A DNA stretch of 63,893 bases, filler included, from Candidatus Desantisbacteria bacterium CG1_02_49_89 (GTDB lineage Bacteria > Desantisbacteria > UBA1551), in the NCBI GenBank assembly GCA_001871075.1. It is 3 parts of 3 records of this genome, joined end to end, with 100 filler letters (N's around TTAATTAATTAA, not from the genome) between each part and the next. Parts side by side here need not be neighbours in the genome. Positions count along the whole stretch, not along the records: positions 1 to 31,488 come from MNUP01000040.1; 2 more parts are not named here. The stretch is one strand, 5' to 3'. The translations under genes were made by a program, and so were the position numbers. The notes beneath the pieces are model-generated. The model was not told the DNA's origin. It saw only the letters and a list, made by a program, of their open reading frames with translations, and ran no database searches. Every line of letters begins with the position of its first letter. Position 1 is the first letter of the stretch. Below, in pieces: positions 11,401-23,250 of this stretch.

Positions 11401-14400
11401 GAGACAAGGTCTTACGTGGTGATGCCGAGAACAGGGTACGCGAACGGCACCCAGTATACGGTGAGCGTTTACGTGACCGATTACTGGAGGAACCCGCGGT
11501 CCGGGGAGAGCGTGGCCATTACAACGTCCCGAAAGGGAACAGCCGAGAGCGGGTATGACACTGTGCAGCAGCCCGCGACAAAGACGTTCGATAACGGCAA
11601 ATGCACGGGAAAAATATGGTCCACACTGGTCGGCATAGACACGGTAACCGCGTATGTATCGGGGCAGCCCTTAAAAAGGATCACGAATACGATCTTCTCC
11701 GACCTGGGCGGGGGCGCGTGGAACTTTGACGAGGGCACAGGTTCTTCCGCGGCTGACGTTACCGGGAACGCGAACAACGGAACTTTCTACAATTCCCTGT
11801 GGGAGGACGGGGTTATCGGCAAGGCAGCGCGCACGGTTGACGGTTCAAGATATGTTTCCGTGCCTGACGACAGCACGCTTGATTTTTCAAAGGCCCTGAC
11901 AATGGAGGTGTGGGCCAAGATATACGACGGGAACGGCGGGCAGACCATAATGAGGAAAGAGCTCGCGTATTATTTGCGCAGGGACGAGATCGCGGAAGGC
12001 CCTGACTTCACCGCTTTTGTGTATACGACCGGGTGGGAACCAAGGGTGCCCAGCAACTTCATGCCGGATTCAGGCACTAACGCGTCATGGTACCACGTAA
12101 CTGCTACCTATGATAACGACACTCCGGCAAACCAGCTTAAGATATACGTCAACGGCGTGCTGCAGAACCAGATATCCAAGTCGGGAAACGTGAACATCAC
12201 CTCCAATGAGCTCTTTATGGGGATGAGCGGCTGCATGGACGAGGCGCGCGTCTACGGCGCGGCGCTGACCCCGGAGGAGATCTACGCGAGCTACACGGGG
12301 GCTTCCAAACCTATAACATTCTCGCTTCCCGCAAAACTGACGATCACCACTCCGCAGAGGGAGGTGAAACAGAACAATCCCTCGGATTACATCACGGTTG
12401 AGGCGCAGGACGACACCGGGAACATTGTAGCCGTATTCAATGAAAGCATCACGCTTGCCTGTTCTTCCACGACAGGAAGGTTCTCGCTTGACAGGGTCAG
12501 CTGGTCCGCTTCAAACAACACATTTATATACCTCGTGAACGGCACAAGGGATTTTTATTTCAAGGACACTGTTATAAACAGCCCGGTCATCACGGTTTCG
12601 CGTTCCGGCCTGCAATTCGATACTCAGGTGGTGATCGTTACCCAGTCATCCGTGTCCGGAACGCTCTCCTATATCCGCGTGGATGTCAACAACGTGAAGA
12701 TCCCAAGGGACGGCGTAACCCTTTGTACCTTTACCATTTCCGTCAGGGACATGGACGGCGGGACCCCGCTCTCTGGCAAACAGGTTACGGTCTACACCGC
12801 GCGCGGCCTTGGCATAGACACGGTCACGCAGCCGCAGCTCACTGATCTTAACGGGTTATGCACTGCCGCCGTCGTTTCCACGACCGCCGGCGGCGATACA
12901 ATATTCGCGGTGTGCGACGGGGTAACGATCACTGAGAACATAATCAACAATATGTCTTTTGAACAGGGCACGGGGGCATATCCTGACGGGTGGGGCGTTA
13001 ACGCGAATACCTGGACATGGGTCACCGATGTGGTTTACAGCGGCGCGAAAGCAATGAGAAATTTTTCCGACGCTGTAACCGACCAGTTTGTTGAGGCGCA
13101 GTGGACAGGGACTCCTTATTTTAACCGATGGCCCGTGCATCCGAGCACTGTTTTTGTTGCCAATCAGTGGACAAGATCCGATCTTTCAAGCGGGGACGCG
13201 CGTATAAGGATAATATGGTTTAACGGCGGGTCTGTGATAGGAGAGGTAGCCGCGGCTCAGATATGGGGCACCCAGCCCTGGACACTGCTTTCCGGGACCC
13301 TGACTTCCCCTGCAAATGCGGACGGGCTTATGTACCGCGCTCATAACGCCGGCCTGGGGACAGCGTGGTTTGACTGCATACGCCTGCAAAGATACCCGAT
13401 GGTGGAATTCACGGCTGCGGGAAAGCTTGCCATAATAACTCAGCCCAGGCAGGTTAATGCGGGCAGCGTTTCCGAATCAATAGTGATACAGGCGCAGTAT
13501 CTGGGTGGCACAAAAGACTCGTCTTACAACGGGACCTGCACCCTTGTGTCTTCGTCAGGCATGGGATTTTTCAGTACCAGCTCAACAGGATGGGGAGAAA
13601 CATCCACGATCATACTGGACATTGTGAACGGCGAAACGTATTTCTATTACAGGGACACCAAAGCCGGTTCACCGGTCATCACTGTCACAAGTCCCGACCT
13701 TAACTCCTGCACACAGGCGCAGTCCGTGTACCCGGGCCAGTTCTCCGAGACAGCTTCGTTTATAATGCTGCCCAGGGAAGCGATCGCCGTGGACACATCC
13801 GTGTGCACGGTCACCATCTACGTTATGGACTGTTACAGGAACACGATCAGCGGACAGCAGATAATAATAACCACAAGCAGGATGGGCACACCGCAGGGGA
13901 TCTATGACACAATAACGCAGCCGTCCTCAGTATCCGATACATTTGGGACCTGCACCGGAACGCTTGTCTCGACCCTTTCCGGTTACGACACCGTGACCGC
14001 TTATATACCGGGCTACAGTTCAAGGCGCGTTAAAAATAATATATTCAGGGACATAGCCACGTGGGTTACGAATTTCGACGAGGGGTCGGGGAGCTCCGCG
14101 AACAGCATTTCGCCGTACGGCGGCACAGCTTCCGTTGCGGGCGGCGCGCAGTGGACCCCTGACTGTAAATTCGGTTCGTCTATCTATTTTAACGGTTCTT
14201 CCGCTTACGCGCAGTCAGCTGATCAGGACATATACGACACCACGCCCATGTCCTTTGAAATGTGGATAAAGACCGACGTAGTGCAGGGCGACAAGCAGCT
14301 CATAAACCGCATTACGAGCGGAGATCAAGGGTGGAGGACCACTGTTTCGGGCCAGAATGTCAATTTTCAGATGCCTGTGACCAGCTGGTCGCATTCGCTC

Positions 14401-17400
14401 GGAAGCTCCATAACTTTCAATTACGGTGAATGGTCCCACGTGTGCGGCACATACGACGGTGCGAATATGTGCCTTTACATAAACGGCAGCCCTGCCGGGC
14501 AGCTCGCCAGGACAGGCGGGTGCACGAATTCGGGACAGCAGCTGAACATTGCCTGCTACAGCCCGGGCGGAGCCGCGTTCAACGGCTGGATTGACGAGAT
14601 CAGGATCTACCGCGATGCGCTGACCGCTGTTGAGGCGCAGCAGAGCTGGATGGGCGAGGCAAAACCAATTTATTTTGTCAGCTATGCCTCAAAACTGGAA
14701 TTCATAACTCCTCCCAGGACGACCAGCGCGTGCGTAAAGTCAGAGTCGATAGCCGTGGAGGCGCAGGACGGTTCCGGCAATAAAACTAATTTTTCCGAGA
14801 TGATAGACATAGCGTCTTCTTCTTCATCCGGAAAGTTCTCTCCTGACGGGGTCAGCTGGAGCAGTTCGAATAACACCTCGATAATGATGGCGGACGGCTC
14901 AATGTTTTTCTACTACATTGACACGACCGCAGGCAACCCTGTAATTACCGTTTCGCGCGTTGAACTTGCTTCTGACACGCAGGTTGAGACGATCACGCTG
15001 TCTCCGGCTGTCGCTGAAACGAACTCCTACCTGCGAACGAACACCGCCACCATCCCCGCGAACGGCGCCGCGCCCTGCTCTGTGAACATAGTGATCAAGG
15101 ACATTTACGGCAACGGGCTGTTCGGCAAGCAGGCCACGGTCTATACGTCGAGGGGATCTTCGTTTGACACGATAACCCAGCCGTCCCTGACGGATATTAA
15201 CGGCTTATGCACAGCGCTTATAGTTTCCTGCACACAGGGCAGCGATACGATCACAGCGTTGTGCGACGGAGTTACGATCACCGAAAACATAGCGAACAAC
15301 CCGTCTATGGAGAACGGATCAGGAGATCCTTCTGACTGGTACTACAATACCGCTTCAGGAGTTTTCTCCTGGGTGGCGGACGACGCTGCTTCAGGGATAA
15401 GGTCCATAAGGCATTACTGCCCCACCAATGCGGATAATTTCGCTTATATAAACTGGCCGGGAGCCCCGATATGGGGCAGGTACCCGGTAACCCCCAATAC
15501 TCCTTACATCTTCAGCCAGTATTCGAAAATAAGTTCTGCAAGCGATACCATGGTCATCAGGCTTATCTGGTGGAACAATTCAAATTATATCACCGAGGGT
15601 TATTACGCTAGCCTCGGGAACGGACCAGCCGGATGGACAAAGATATCCGGCACAACTAACGTTCCAGCCGGCGCGAACATGGTTGAATACAGGGCAATGC
15701 ACAACGGCACTGAAACTGCCTGGTTTGACTGTGTGCGCATCCAGAGGGTTCCCACAATTGATTTCTACGGGGCCACACAGATCGCTTTCGCCACGCCGGC
15801 CAGGGCTTTTTCAGCTGGCAGCGTGTCAGATTCCATCTGCATCCAGGCGCAGTTCCCTGACGGAACAAAAGACTTAAGCTACAACGGCGCCTGTTCCCTT
15901 GTTTCGACTTCCGGACTCGGAACTATTTCGGATACGAACGCGGGCGGCGGCACATGGTATTCCGGAGCTGTCACGCTGAACCTGAAGAACGGAGAAACCG
16001 TTGTTTTTTACAGGGACATAAAAGCAGGTTCGCCGATCCTGGCCCTTTCAGCTGCAGGGCTTACAGGCAATACCCAGGCGCAGTCTGTTTCTGCGCTTGG
16101 TTTTTCCGAGACAGTCTCTTACCTTGTCATAAAACAGAGGCTGATACCTGCGGATAATTCATCTGCCTGCACAATTACGGTTACGGTTACCGATTACTAC
16201 CGCAACCCGCTTTCAGGCCAGGCAGTGATAATTACGACAAGCAGGAAGGGCACAGGGCTGGACGCTTATGACTTCATAACCCAGCCCGGCATTACCGATC
16301 CAAGCGGCGTGTGCACAGGCGCAGTGGTTTCCAGTTACGGCGGCCTGGATACGATCACAGCGTATATTGAGGGGAATTCCGTAAAACGCGTGGAAAATAC
16401 CGTGCTGGCGGACGGCCTTATAGGGATGTGGAACTTTGACGATGGATCAGGAGATGTTGCTTACGACCTTTCGATCAACAATAACACCGGCACGATAACC
16501 AGCCCTTCCTGGACAAACGGGTTGCTGGGCCCCTGCCTTTCGGTTAACGGCACTACCGGATATGTAAGCGTGGAGAATAACGCGACGCTGAACCCCGGAG
16601 CCGCGATCTCAGTGGAAGCGTGGGTAAAAATGAACGCGAATGACAACTATGCCGAAATCGTGCGTAAAGAACCCTGCTATTTTATGCGCAAGACCAGCAT
16701 AGGTGAAGGCAACAATTTCAATTTCTTTATCTGCACCGGCGGCGGCTGGGAACCCAGGGCTGCTTCAAGCCTTATTCCGGATTCAGGGCCCAATGCTCCC
16801 TGGTACCATATTGTCGGGACTTATGACAGCAGTATTGGCGGGAATAACAACAAATTATATATTGACGGAGCCGTTGACGGTTCATCCGCGAAAACAGGTC
16901 CTATTGATTCAAGCGCGAATCCTCTGAGGATCGGAGGCCTGGGAGCGATCTGGAACGGTGTGATGGACGAAGTGAGGATGTATAGCCGCGCGCTTCCCCT
17001 GGACGAGATCAAGGCGGGTTATGAGCGCAAGCCCAAGCCCGTAACGTTTACCGGTATGAATTTAAAGATCCTGACGCCGCAAAGGACCGCGGCGCAGGGC
17101 GCAGCCACTGATTCAATAACGGTAGAGGTCCAGGGTCTGGGCGGAGGCAGGGATGTAAGCTTCTATGATACGGTCATCCTCTCAAGCAGTTCGCCGGGCG
17201 GCAGCTTCTCAATAGACAATATTGTATGGGCTGATACCACGAACATATACCTTTCATCCGGCTACGGGGTATTCTACTACAAAGACACCAATATAGGCAA
17301 TCCCGTGATAACCGCTTATCGCGAATCGCTTATCGCAGATACTCAAGGCGAAACAATAACAGCAGGGGGAGCGGGATACTTCAGTTTCATCAGCCCAGAA

Positions 17401-18369
17401 TTCAGAATACGGGCTGCTGATACATCACCGCTCGTAACAGCGGTCGCTTATGATTCAGGCGGGAACACTGACGTTTCGTTCAGCAGCACGGTAAGTTTAT
17501 TCACAAGCTCCAGTTCCGGGTCCTTCTCAGTGTCAACAACTCCATGGGCAGATACAAGCACGATCACGTTCCTTAATGGCTTCGGCTATTTCTACTACCG
17601 CGACAACGCTGTCGGTAATCCTGTGCTATCAGCTATGAGCTATGAGCTATCAGCTGACACACAGGTAGAAACAATAACTATACGGTACCTGCGATTCTCA
17701 AACACAACACCGTTCACCATAACAAGCATAAGTACCGCTCCGGTGTTCTTAAAAGCAGTAGATGGTTCTGGGAATACAGCGGTTCTCTTTAATGATACGG
17801 TCCAACTGCTTACCACATCAACAAAAGGTTATTTCTCCGTGTCAGGCACTACCTGGGTAAACACAAGCATCGTGTACCTCGTATCCGGCGGAAAGACCGT
17901 ATACTACAAAGACAAGATAGGCGGTAACCCTGTCATAACCGTGACCAGGACAGATTCCTGGACATGGACAGACACTCAACAGGAGACGGTTACAAAGCCA
18001 ACCGTTCTAACTTCTAAGGTTCAAATGAACGTTCGTTCAGGAGAAACAGGTTCAATGCCTATGAAATTCTGGGTTTCTGACACTGTTGAATACACTGTTT
18101 ACATTTCAAACACAGGCACAGAAACCGCGACAAACAACCTTATCGTTGACACAAGGTCTTTTGATACCAGCGTCAATAATCCTGTTGACTACATTTATAT
18201 GGACACTTCAGGTTTTGCTGACACCTGGGCATACACAACAGACCTTGTTTCCTGGACAACAGGCAATCCTGCTTCAGGCACTTCCAATGTCAAAGGCCTG
18301 CGCTGGAGAATAGATAGTCTTGGCATAAATCAAACCAAAGCCATAAGGTTCAGAGTAAGAGTGAAATAA
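5469..18369 (+). CDS. Giant (~4,300 aa) secreted modular protein: GH99-like/WbsX-type catalytic domain, 4 LamG domains, 4 CBM4/9-like domains, many Ig/invasin-like repeats, DUF11-like C-terminus. Apparent +1 frameshift at ~5571.
   Basis: ORF 5563-18369. GH99-like motifs VGVYYFPGW, PLLGWY, FCLLWANH, PGWDN, WNEFGEG (~7580-8545). LamG motifs W.FDEG...W.HV..TYD...LYVNG...DE.R.Y..AL. NPSFE..WFD.V modules. The signal peptide MKKSLSFFILGLL.. starts at 5469 in another frame. Confidence 0.8.
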
Positions 18370-18415
18370 ATCCCCCTTCTTCCCCCTTTATCAAAGGGGG
18401 AGTGAGGGGGATTTA

Positions 18416-18600
18416 GGAGTAGGGGCTTTAGCCCCGTTATTTAAACGACCCTAAAGGGTCTACTCCTGAAAAAGCAGTTTAAGTTCTCCGCTAAAAGTTT
18501 TAACACCGTAATCTCTTTTAATAATTTACCCTTCGACGTGTTCTACGAAGCTTTAGCGTAGTAGAAAGCTCGAAGAGCATAGTAGGGTCACTGTAATCGT
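18416..18600 (+). repeat. Composite leader repeat, copy 1 (with an extra 30-bp insert)
   Basis: Direct near-copy of 20746-20900. Confidence 0.85.
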
Positions 18601-18614
18601 TTACAGGAGAAAAC

Positions 18615-18842
18615 ATGGAATGTAAATATTATAATAAGGAACACAGGGCGATAACTACCATAGGAAGGCTGGACAGCAGCACCGAGACCAGCGGTATGTG
18701 CGCGCTTAAGCAGAAAAACGAGAAAAAGCTCGCGGAGGTTTTCGGGGCGCTGGCAAAGAAAGGTCTTGAGAAGAATTTTGAAAATGAGGAATGCCCTGTG
18801 GCTGAAGACGGCAGGTGGGACGAATGCCCGTTCTTTAAATAA
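18615..18842 (+). CDS. Small hypothetical protein with four cysteines
   Basis: AGGAGA RBS, 75-aa ORF with plausible codon usage. Confidence 0.6.
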   Translation: MECKYYNKEHRAITTIGRLDSSTETSGMCALKQKNEKKLAEVFGALAKKGLEKNFENEECPVAEDGRWDECPFFK

Positions 18843-19017
18843 AAAGCGTGTCAACGTATCAGCGTGTCAACGTATCAGCGCAGTAACAAGGATTTTTATT
18901 GTAACTCAGGGCTTCAGCCCTGATAAGCAGTTTAAATCCCGCTCGAAGATCCCTGTTGAAAATTATTTATCCATGGTAATCCGTGGCTAAAATATTTTAC
19001 AAAAAGGAGCATATGTT

Positions 19018-19872
19018 ATGGCAGATAAATTTCCCAGAACCAAGGTAGGCGGGTTGCCGCTTTCAAGGATGATAATCGGAACAAACTGGTTCCTTGGATA
19101 CAGCCATACTACAAGAGCCAAGGATGAATACATAACGGAAAACGTGATGGACAGGAAGAAGATCGCGGATATCATCGAGGTTTTCCTCCGCTCCGGGGTT
19201 GACGCGCTGATGGGCCCCCTTAACAACCCGATCATGACAGACGCGATGAAAGACGCGGAGGACCGCACCGGCGCCGGGATAATCCGTATCTCAACTCCCT
19301 CTATTCCCGTCAACCCGAGGACTGTTATAGACGGACTCGATATCGGGGCGGTCGAAAAGATCCTTGACGCGGAAGCAAGGCTGGGCGTGCATATCGTAAT
19401 GCCTCATACCACATCGACAGATATGCTCGTTGACAACTGCACGGGCGAGCTGCGCCAGGTGGATAAGTTCTGCAGGCTAGCAAGGGAAAGGAAGATGATC
19501 CCGGGACTGAGCACGCATTTGCCGCAGTCCATTACTTTTGCCGATAAAACCGGATTGGACATCGAAACATATATTTCTATATTCAATGCGATGGGGTTCC
19601 TGATGCAGGTTGAGGTTGACTGGACGGCGAGCATTATAAGGAACGCGAAAAAACCCGTAATGACAATAAAACCTATGGCAGCCGGCCAGATACGGCCGCT
19701 GCAGGCTTTTACTTTTGTATGGAATGCGATAAGGGACTGCGATATGGTGACAGTGGGCACGATGTCCCCGAAGGAAGCCGCGGAATGCATAGAACTGTCA
19801 CTGAGCATCCTTGAGCACAGGACCGCGGATATAAAACTGCAGGAAACCCGCTCCAAATCCATATTGAAGTAA
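19018..19872 (+). CDS. Aldo/keto-reductase-like conserved hypothetical protein
   Basis: LSRMIIGTN start, GLSTH, KPVMTIKPMAAG. AAGGAG RBS. Confidence 0.65.
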   Translation: MADKFPRTKVGGLPLSRMIIGTNWFLGYSHTTRAKDEYITENVMDRKKIADIIEVFLRSGVDALMGPLNNPIMTDAMKDAEDRTGAGIIRISTPSIPVNPRTVIDGLDIGAVEKILDAEARLGVHIVMPHTTSTDMLVDNCTGELRQVDKFCRLARERKMIPGLSTHLPQSITFADKTGLDIETYISIFNAMGFLMQVEVDWTASIIRNAKKPVMTIKPMAAGQIRPLQAFTFVWNAIRDCDMVTVGTMSPKEAAECIELSLSILEHRTADIKLQETRSKSILK

Positions 19873-19957
19873 TCGTTCTTCGTGCTTCGTGCATCGTTCA
19901 TCGCAAAAGATATGTAGCCGCAGGCTTAAGCCTGCGTTGACAATCAGAGGAGGGGAA

Positions 19958-20632
19958 ATGAGAAAATATGTTATTTCAGTAACGCTTATTTTTATTTTTA
20001 TTTTAGTATTCGTCTACAATCAGAAGAAAGCAGGTTCAGTATCCGCAGATACTGTCCCTCAGGTCACAAAGCTTCCGCAGCCTGCTAAAAAAGGCGCGAT
20101 GTCGCTTGAGGAAGCGATACAGAAACGCCGTTCAATGAGGGCGTATAAGAACCAGGCGCTTACGAAAGAGCAGGTGTCTCAGATCCTGTGGGCAGCCCAG
20201 GGCATAACCGACCCGGACGGCAAAAAGCGCGCGGCCCCTTCGGCGATGGCAATGTATCCCCTGGAGATCTACGCGGTCTGCCCTGAAGCGGCATACCATT
20301 ACATTCCGAAAGATCACGCCGTTGAAAAAGTCGGCGACGGGGATCTGAGGAAAAGCCTGGGCGGGCAAAAAACCTCATCAGAAGCCGCGATGGTTATCGT
20401 GATAACCGCCGTACCCACGCTTTTTTCATCCAGGGTTGATGAGAACAATAAAATGAAGTTCATATACCTTGAAGCCGGGCATTGCGCCCAGAACATACTT
20501 TTACAGGCAGTCGCGCTAGGGCTGGCCGGGGTCCCTATGGCAGGTTATTCGGAAGAAAGCATTTCAAAGGCGTTGTCCCTGCCTGCGGACCGCAAACCGA
20601 TCTATATCATATCCGTCGGTTATCCGCAGTAA
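19958..20632 (+). CDS. SagB/ThcOx-family nitroreductase with N-terminal signal/anchor
   Basis: RRSMR, ILWAAQG, RAAPSA.A.YPLEIY, EAGHCAQNILLQA. GGAGG RBS before ATG 19958. Confidence 0.88.
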   Translation: MRKYVISVTLIFIFILVFVYNQKKAGSVSADTVPQVTKLPQPAKKGAMSLEEAIQKRRSMRAYKNQALTKEQVSQILWAAQGITDPDGKKRAAPSAMAMYPLEIYAVCPEAAYHYIPKDHAVEKVGDGDLRKSLGGQKTSSEAAMVIVITAVPTLFSSRVDENNKMKFIYLEAGHCAQNILLQAVALGLAGVPMAGYSEESISKALSLPADRKPIYIISVGYPQ

Positions 20633-20745
20633 GCTAACGCGTAGGGGCGACCTTGGTCGCCCTTTGTAGGGGCTCAATTTACCTGTCCGCCAATTTTATT
20701 AGGAGGGAGGCTTGCGATTAGTTGATAAGTGTATAAGGGGATTTT

Positions 20746-20900
20746 GGAGTAGGGCCTTTAGGCCCATTATTTTAAAGACCCTAAAGGGTCTACTCCTGAA
20801 AAAACAGTTTAAGTTCTCTGCTAAAAGTTTTTACACCGTAATCTCTTTTAATAATTTACCCTTCGAAGCTCGAAGAGCGTAGTAGGGTCACCGTAATCAT
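20746..20900 (+). repeat. Composite leader repeat, copy 2
   Basis: Direct near-copy of 18416-18600. Confidence 0.85.
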
Positions 20901-20916
20901 TTTTGGAGGAGAAATT

Positions 20917-21282
20917 ATGGAAAATAAAAATGAAGTTAAGGGATTGTGGGGCGGGGATCTGAGGATACCGACTTTCATCCAGATCAATTTTAAAAAAATG
21001 AGCGACCCGGCAGAAGGTTTCATGCTTATTGGAAGTATCCTGGACCTGGGCATAGTCGGAGTTAAGCTGGAAACGGAAGTGCAGATAGTGCAGGGAGAAA
21101 ACCTGCTTTTGAGGATACCGCTGTCTTTTCTTCCCCGGGACTACAGTTTTACCGGGACAGTGCGGTGGGTTAATAAGACCGCGACGGAATTTGTCGCTGG
21201 CGTGGAGCTGCTGATGAACGATAAAAAGATCCATGAAATAATGAAAAAGAATATTAAGAAGATGATGAAGTCAATGCTTTAG
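20917..21282 (+). CDS. PilZ-like beta-barrel protein (atypical)
   Basis: ILDLGIVGVKL and GTVRWV...AGVE resemble the PilZ core. The RxxxR motif is absent. Confidence 0.5.
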   Translation: MENKNEVKGLWGGDLRIPTFIQINFKKMSDPAEGFMLIGSILDLGIVGVKLETEVQIVQGENLLLRIPLSFLPRDYSFTGTVRWVNKTATEFVAGVELLMNDKKIHEIMKKNIKKMMKSML

Positions 21283-21418
21283 GCGCAGCAAAATATGATT
21301 ACGCCGATTTCGTAAAGATGATTACACAGATTGATTTCATAATTAATTATTGTGTCTCCGGGATTCCTGGTAGGATGATAGATCCCGTGTGCCATTCTAA
21401 CTATTTAGAGGAGAAAAA

Positions 21419-21883
21419 ATGAGATACAAGCTCTTTTTTATCTCGATGATCGGGTTGATATTATCCGGGTGCGCTTCAGAAACTCTCGTTATAAGATTTG
21501 AGCAAAGTTCTGATACGATAAAATGCAACGCGGACGCCATAAAAGAGGGGATTGTCATAAATAACGAGGACATCCCGATCATTCAGTGCAGGATCGATAC
21601 AGCGGCACTGGAAAAAATAAAAAGCACTGAAGGTAAGGATATGAAGAACATTGTTTTGATCTGCCATAAAGGGACATATTATCTTGCGGCGGAAGGATTT
21701 AAGAATGTCTGGACGATAAAACCCCGTAAAGACGGTTCCACGGCAGACTGCGGTTTCATCCCGCTTCCGAACGCGGTAAAAAGACCGGAGTTTGAAAATA
21801 CAGATACGGGTGTTTTGATCATTTCAAAATCAAAGGACAGATATTTCATAGGTCCAAAAGGAAAGATCGAGGAGTGGAGATGA
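21419..21883 (+). CDS. Hypothetical lipoprotein
   Basis: Lipobox ILSG-C after a hydrophobic leader. Confidence 0.65.
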   Translation: MRYKLFFISMIGLILSGCASETLVIRFEQSSDTIKCNADAIKEGIVINNEDIPIIQCRIDTAALEKIKSTEGKDMKNIVLICHKGTYYLAAEGFKNVWTIKPRKDGSTADCGFIPLPNAVKRPEFENTDTGVLIISKSKDRYFIGPKGKIEEWR

Positions 21884-22917
21884 AAAAGAAAATCATTTTT
21901 TTTACTGTTTTAACTTTCTTTTTAATAGTTTCCGTTTCGGGCGCGCAGCGCGCGGGAACAATGCGGGAGGAGCGCGATTCCATACTTAACAGGCTTTCTG
22001 CCATTGAGGCAACCCTTAACGGCTCAGGGACAATGGTCAACACGGACACGCGCCTGGTCTTTGCGAAAGTAGACGGCCTACTCGGGAGTTTCAGGGTCAA
22101 ATGGAGCGGGAACCCGGCCGGAAAGGTCACTTACAGCGTTTTAAAGAACAGAAGGGATAAAATATTCAGGATCTACAACCAGGCTTCGAAAAAGGTGGGA
22201 GAGATCCTAAGCCTTTGCGGCAGGATCAGGGACCTTGAGGAAACAATAACGTACCTGACCCAGCGGATGCAGGAATCCGACTCCGAAATCCAAAATTTAA
22301 GGAACGAGCTGTATGCGAAGGAGAAAGAGGCCGGAAATTTAAAGAAAGAAAATCAGCGCCTGCAGGCCCGGCTTGAAAATTACAAAAAGAAGCTCGATAA
22401 TGTCTATGAACAGGCCCGGGACCTGCTGGGATATATATTTAACGAGATCTCGGCCACAAATACTTCGGATAAGAATATAATAAACCGGTTTACGGCAGGC
22501 ATAGAATCGATCAAAAATACTTTTGTGGGTTACCACAGGATATTTAACGACCTGAGCGAAGAAGAAATAAATACCAAAGAAAAAAGGGAAAACTGGTTGT
22601 CGCGCTACCGGATCGAATCTGAAGCGTACGGCAAGATCCTGAAGCTTTGGTCGGACAGCAGGGATAGGATCGTCGGGTTATTCCAGAAAAACGAAGATAT
22701 AGCGAATATCAGCCGGATAGATGAGGCCATCGGCAGGATTTCAAATTTATTGCCAAAGCTGGAGGCCAGGAAAGAGATATTGATCAAAAGGCAAAAGCAG
22801 GAAAAATTAACAGCTTTAATCATACTGGCCGTTTTGGTCTTGGCCGCGGCAGCGGCATGCCTGGTCATCAGAAATCTTTCAAGAAAAAGGACCGGTTCAC
22901 GAAAAATGCCCGGATAG
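21880..22917 (+). CDS. Hypothetical coiled-coil protein with signal peptide and C-terminal membrane anchor
   Basis: ATGA overlap with the upstream gene, heptad-rich middle, hydrophobic C-terminal helix followed by basic residues. Confidence 0.65.
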   Translation: MKKKIIFFTVLTFFLIVSVSGAQRAGTMREERDSILNRLSAIEATLNGSGTMVNTDTRLVFAKVDGLLGSFRVKWSGNPAGKVTYSVLKNRRDKIFRIYNQASKKVGEILSLCGRIRDLEETITYLTQRMQESDSEIQNLRNELYAKEKEAGNLKKENQRLQARLENYKKKLDNVYEQARDLLGYIFNEISATNTSDKNIINRFTAGIESIKNTFVGYHRIFNDLSEEEINTKEKRENWLSRYRIESEAYGKILKLWSDSRDRIVGLFQKNEDIANISRIDEAIGRISNLLPKLEARKEILIKRQKQEKLTALIILAVLVLAAAAACLVIRNLSRKRTGSRKMPG

Positions 22918-23161
22918 CCGCTCTTTTCAACGGTATCCATTACATCACGAGATAAAAAAAAGAGGGTCAGACCTTGAATAAAGGAATTATTCTATTTACT
23001 CCCCGCTAACTGCTGGAGTCTTCGTCTCCGGGTGTGAACGAGTGTTTTTTCTCCCCAAGGGGACTTCGTCTGCGCCTCATCTTGACCCCATGCTGTCCCG
23101 ATAGAACATCGGGACAAGACGCCGGGGTCTGCGTCAGAAAGTACCAAAGTGGGGTTTTTCC

Positions 23162-23210
23162 TTGACAAATATAAAAAAATAAGTATAATAGTAGTTGCAA
23201 GTGTGACTAC
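23162..23210 (+). promoter_or_regulatory. Promoter and probable autorepression operator of the TA operon
   Basis: TTGACA-16 bp-TATAAT (23162-23189) followed by the imperfect palindrome GTAGT..ACTAC (23191-23210). Confidence 0.65.
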
Positions 23211-23250
23211 AATATAAGGAGTTCCAGGAATAAACCTGGAGGAGCAAAAA

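Noticed and set aside
5563-18369. Diversity-generating retroelement target or intein in the giant gene
   Set aside because: No reverse transcriptase, no adenine-specific template/variable repeat pair and no intein motifs were noticed.
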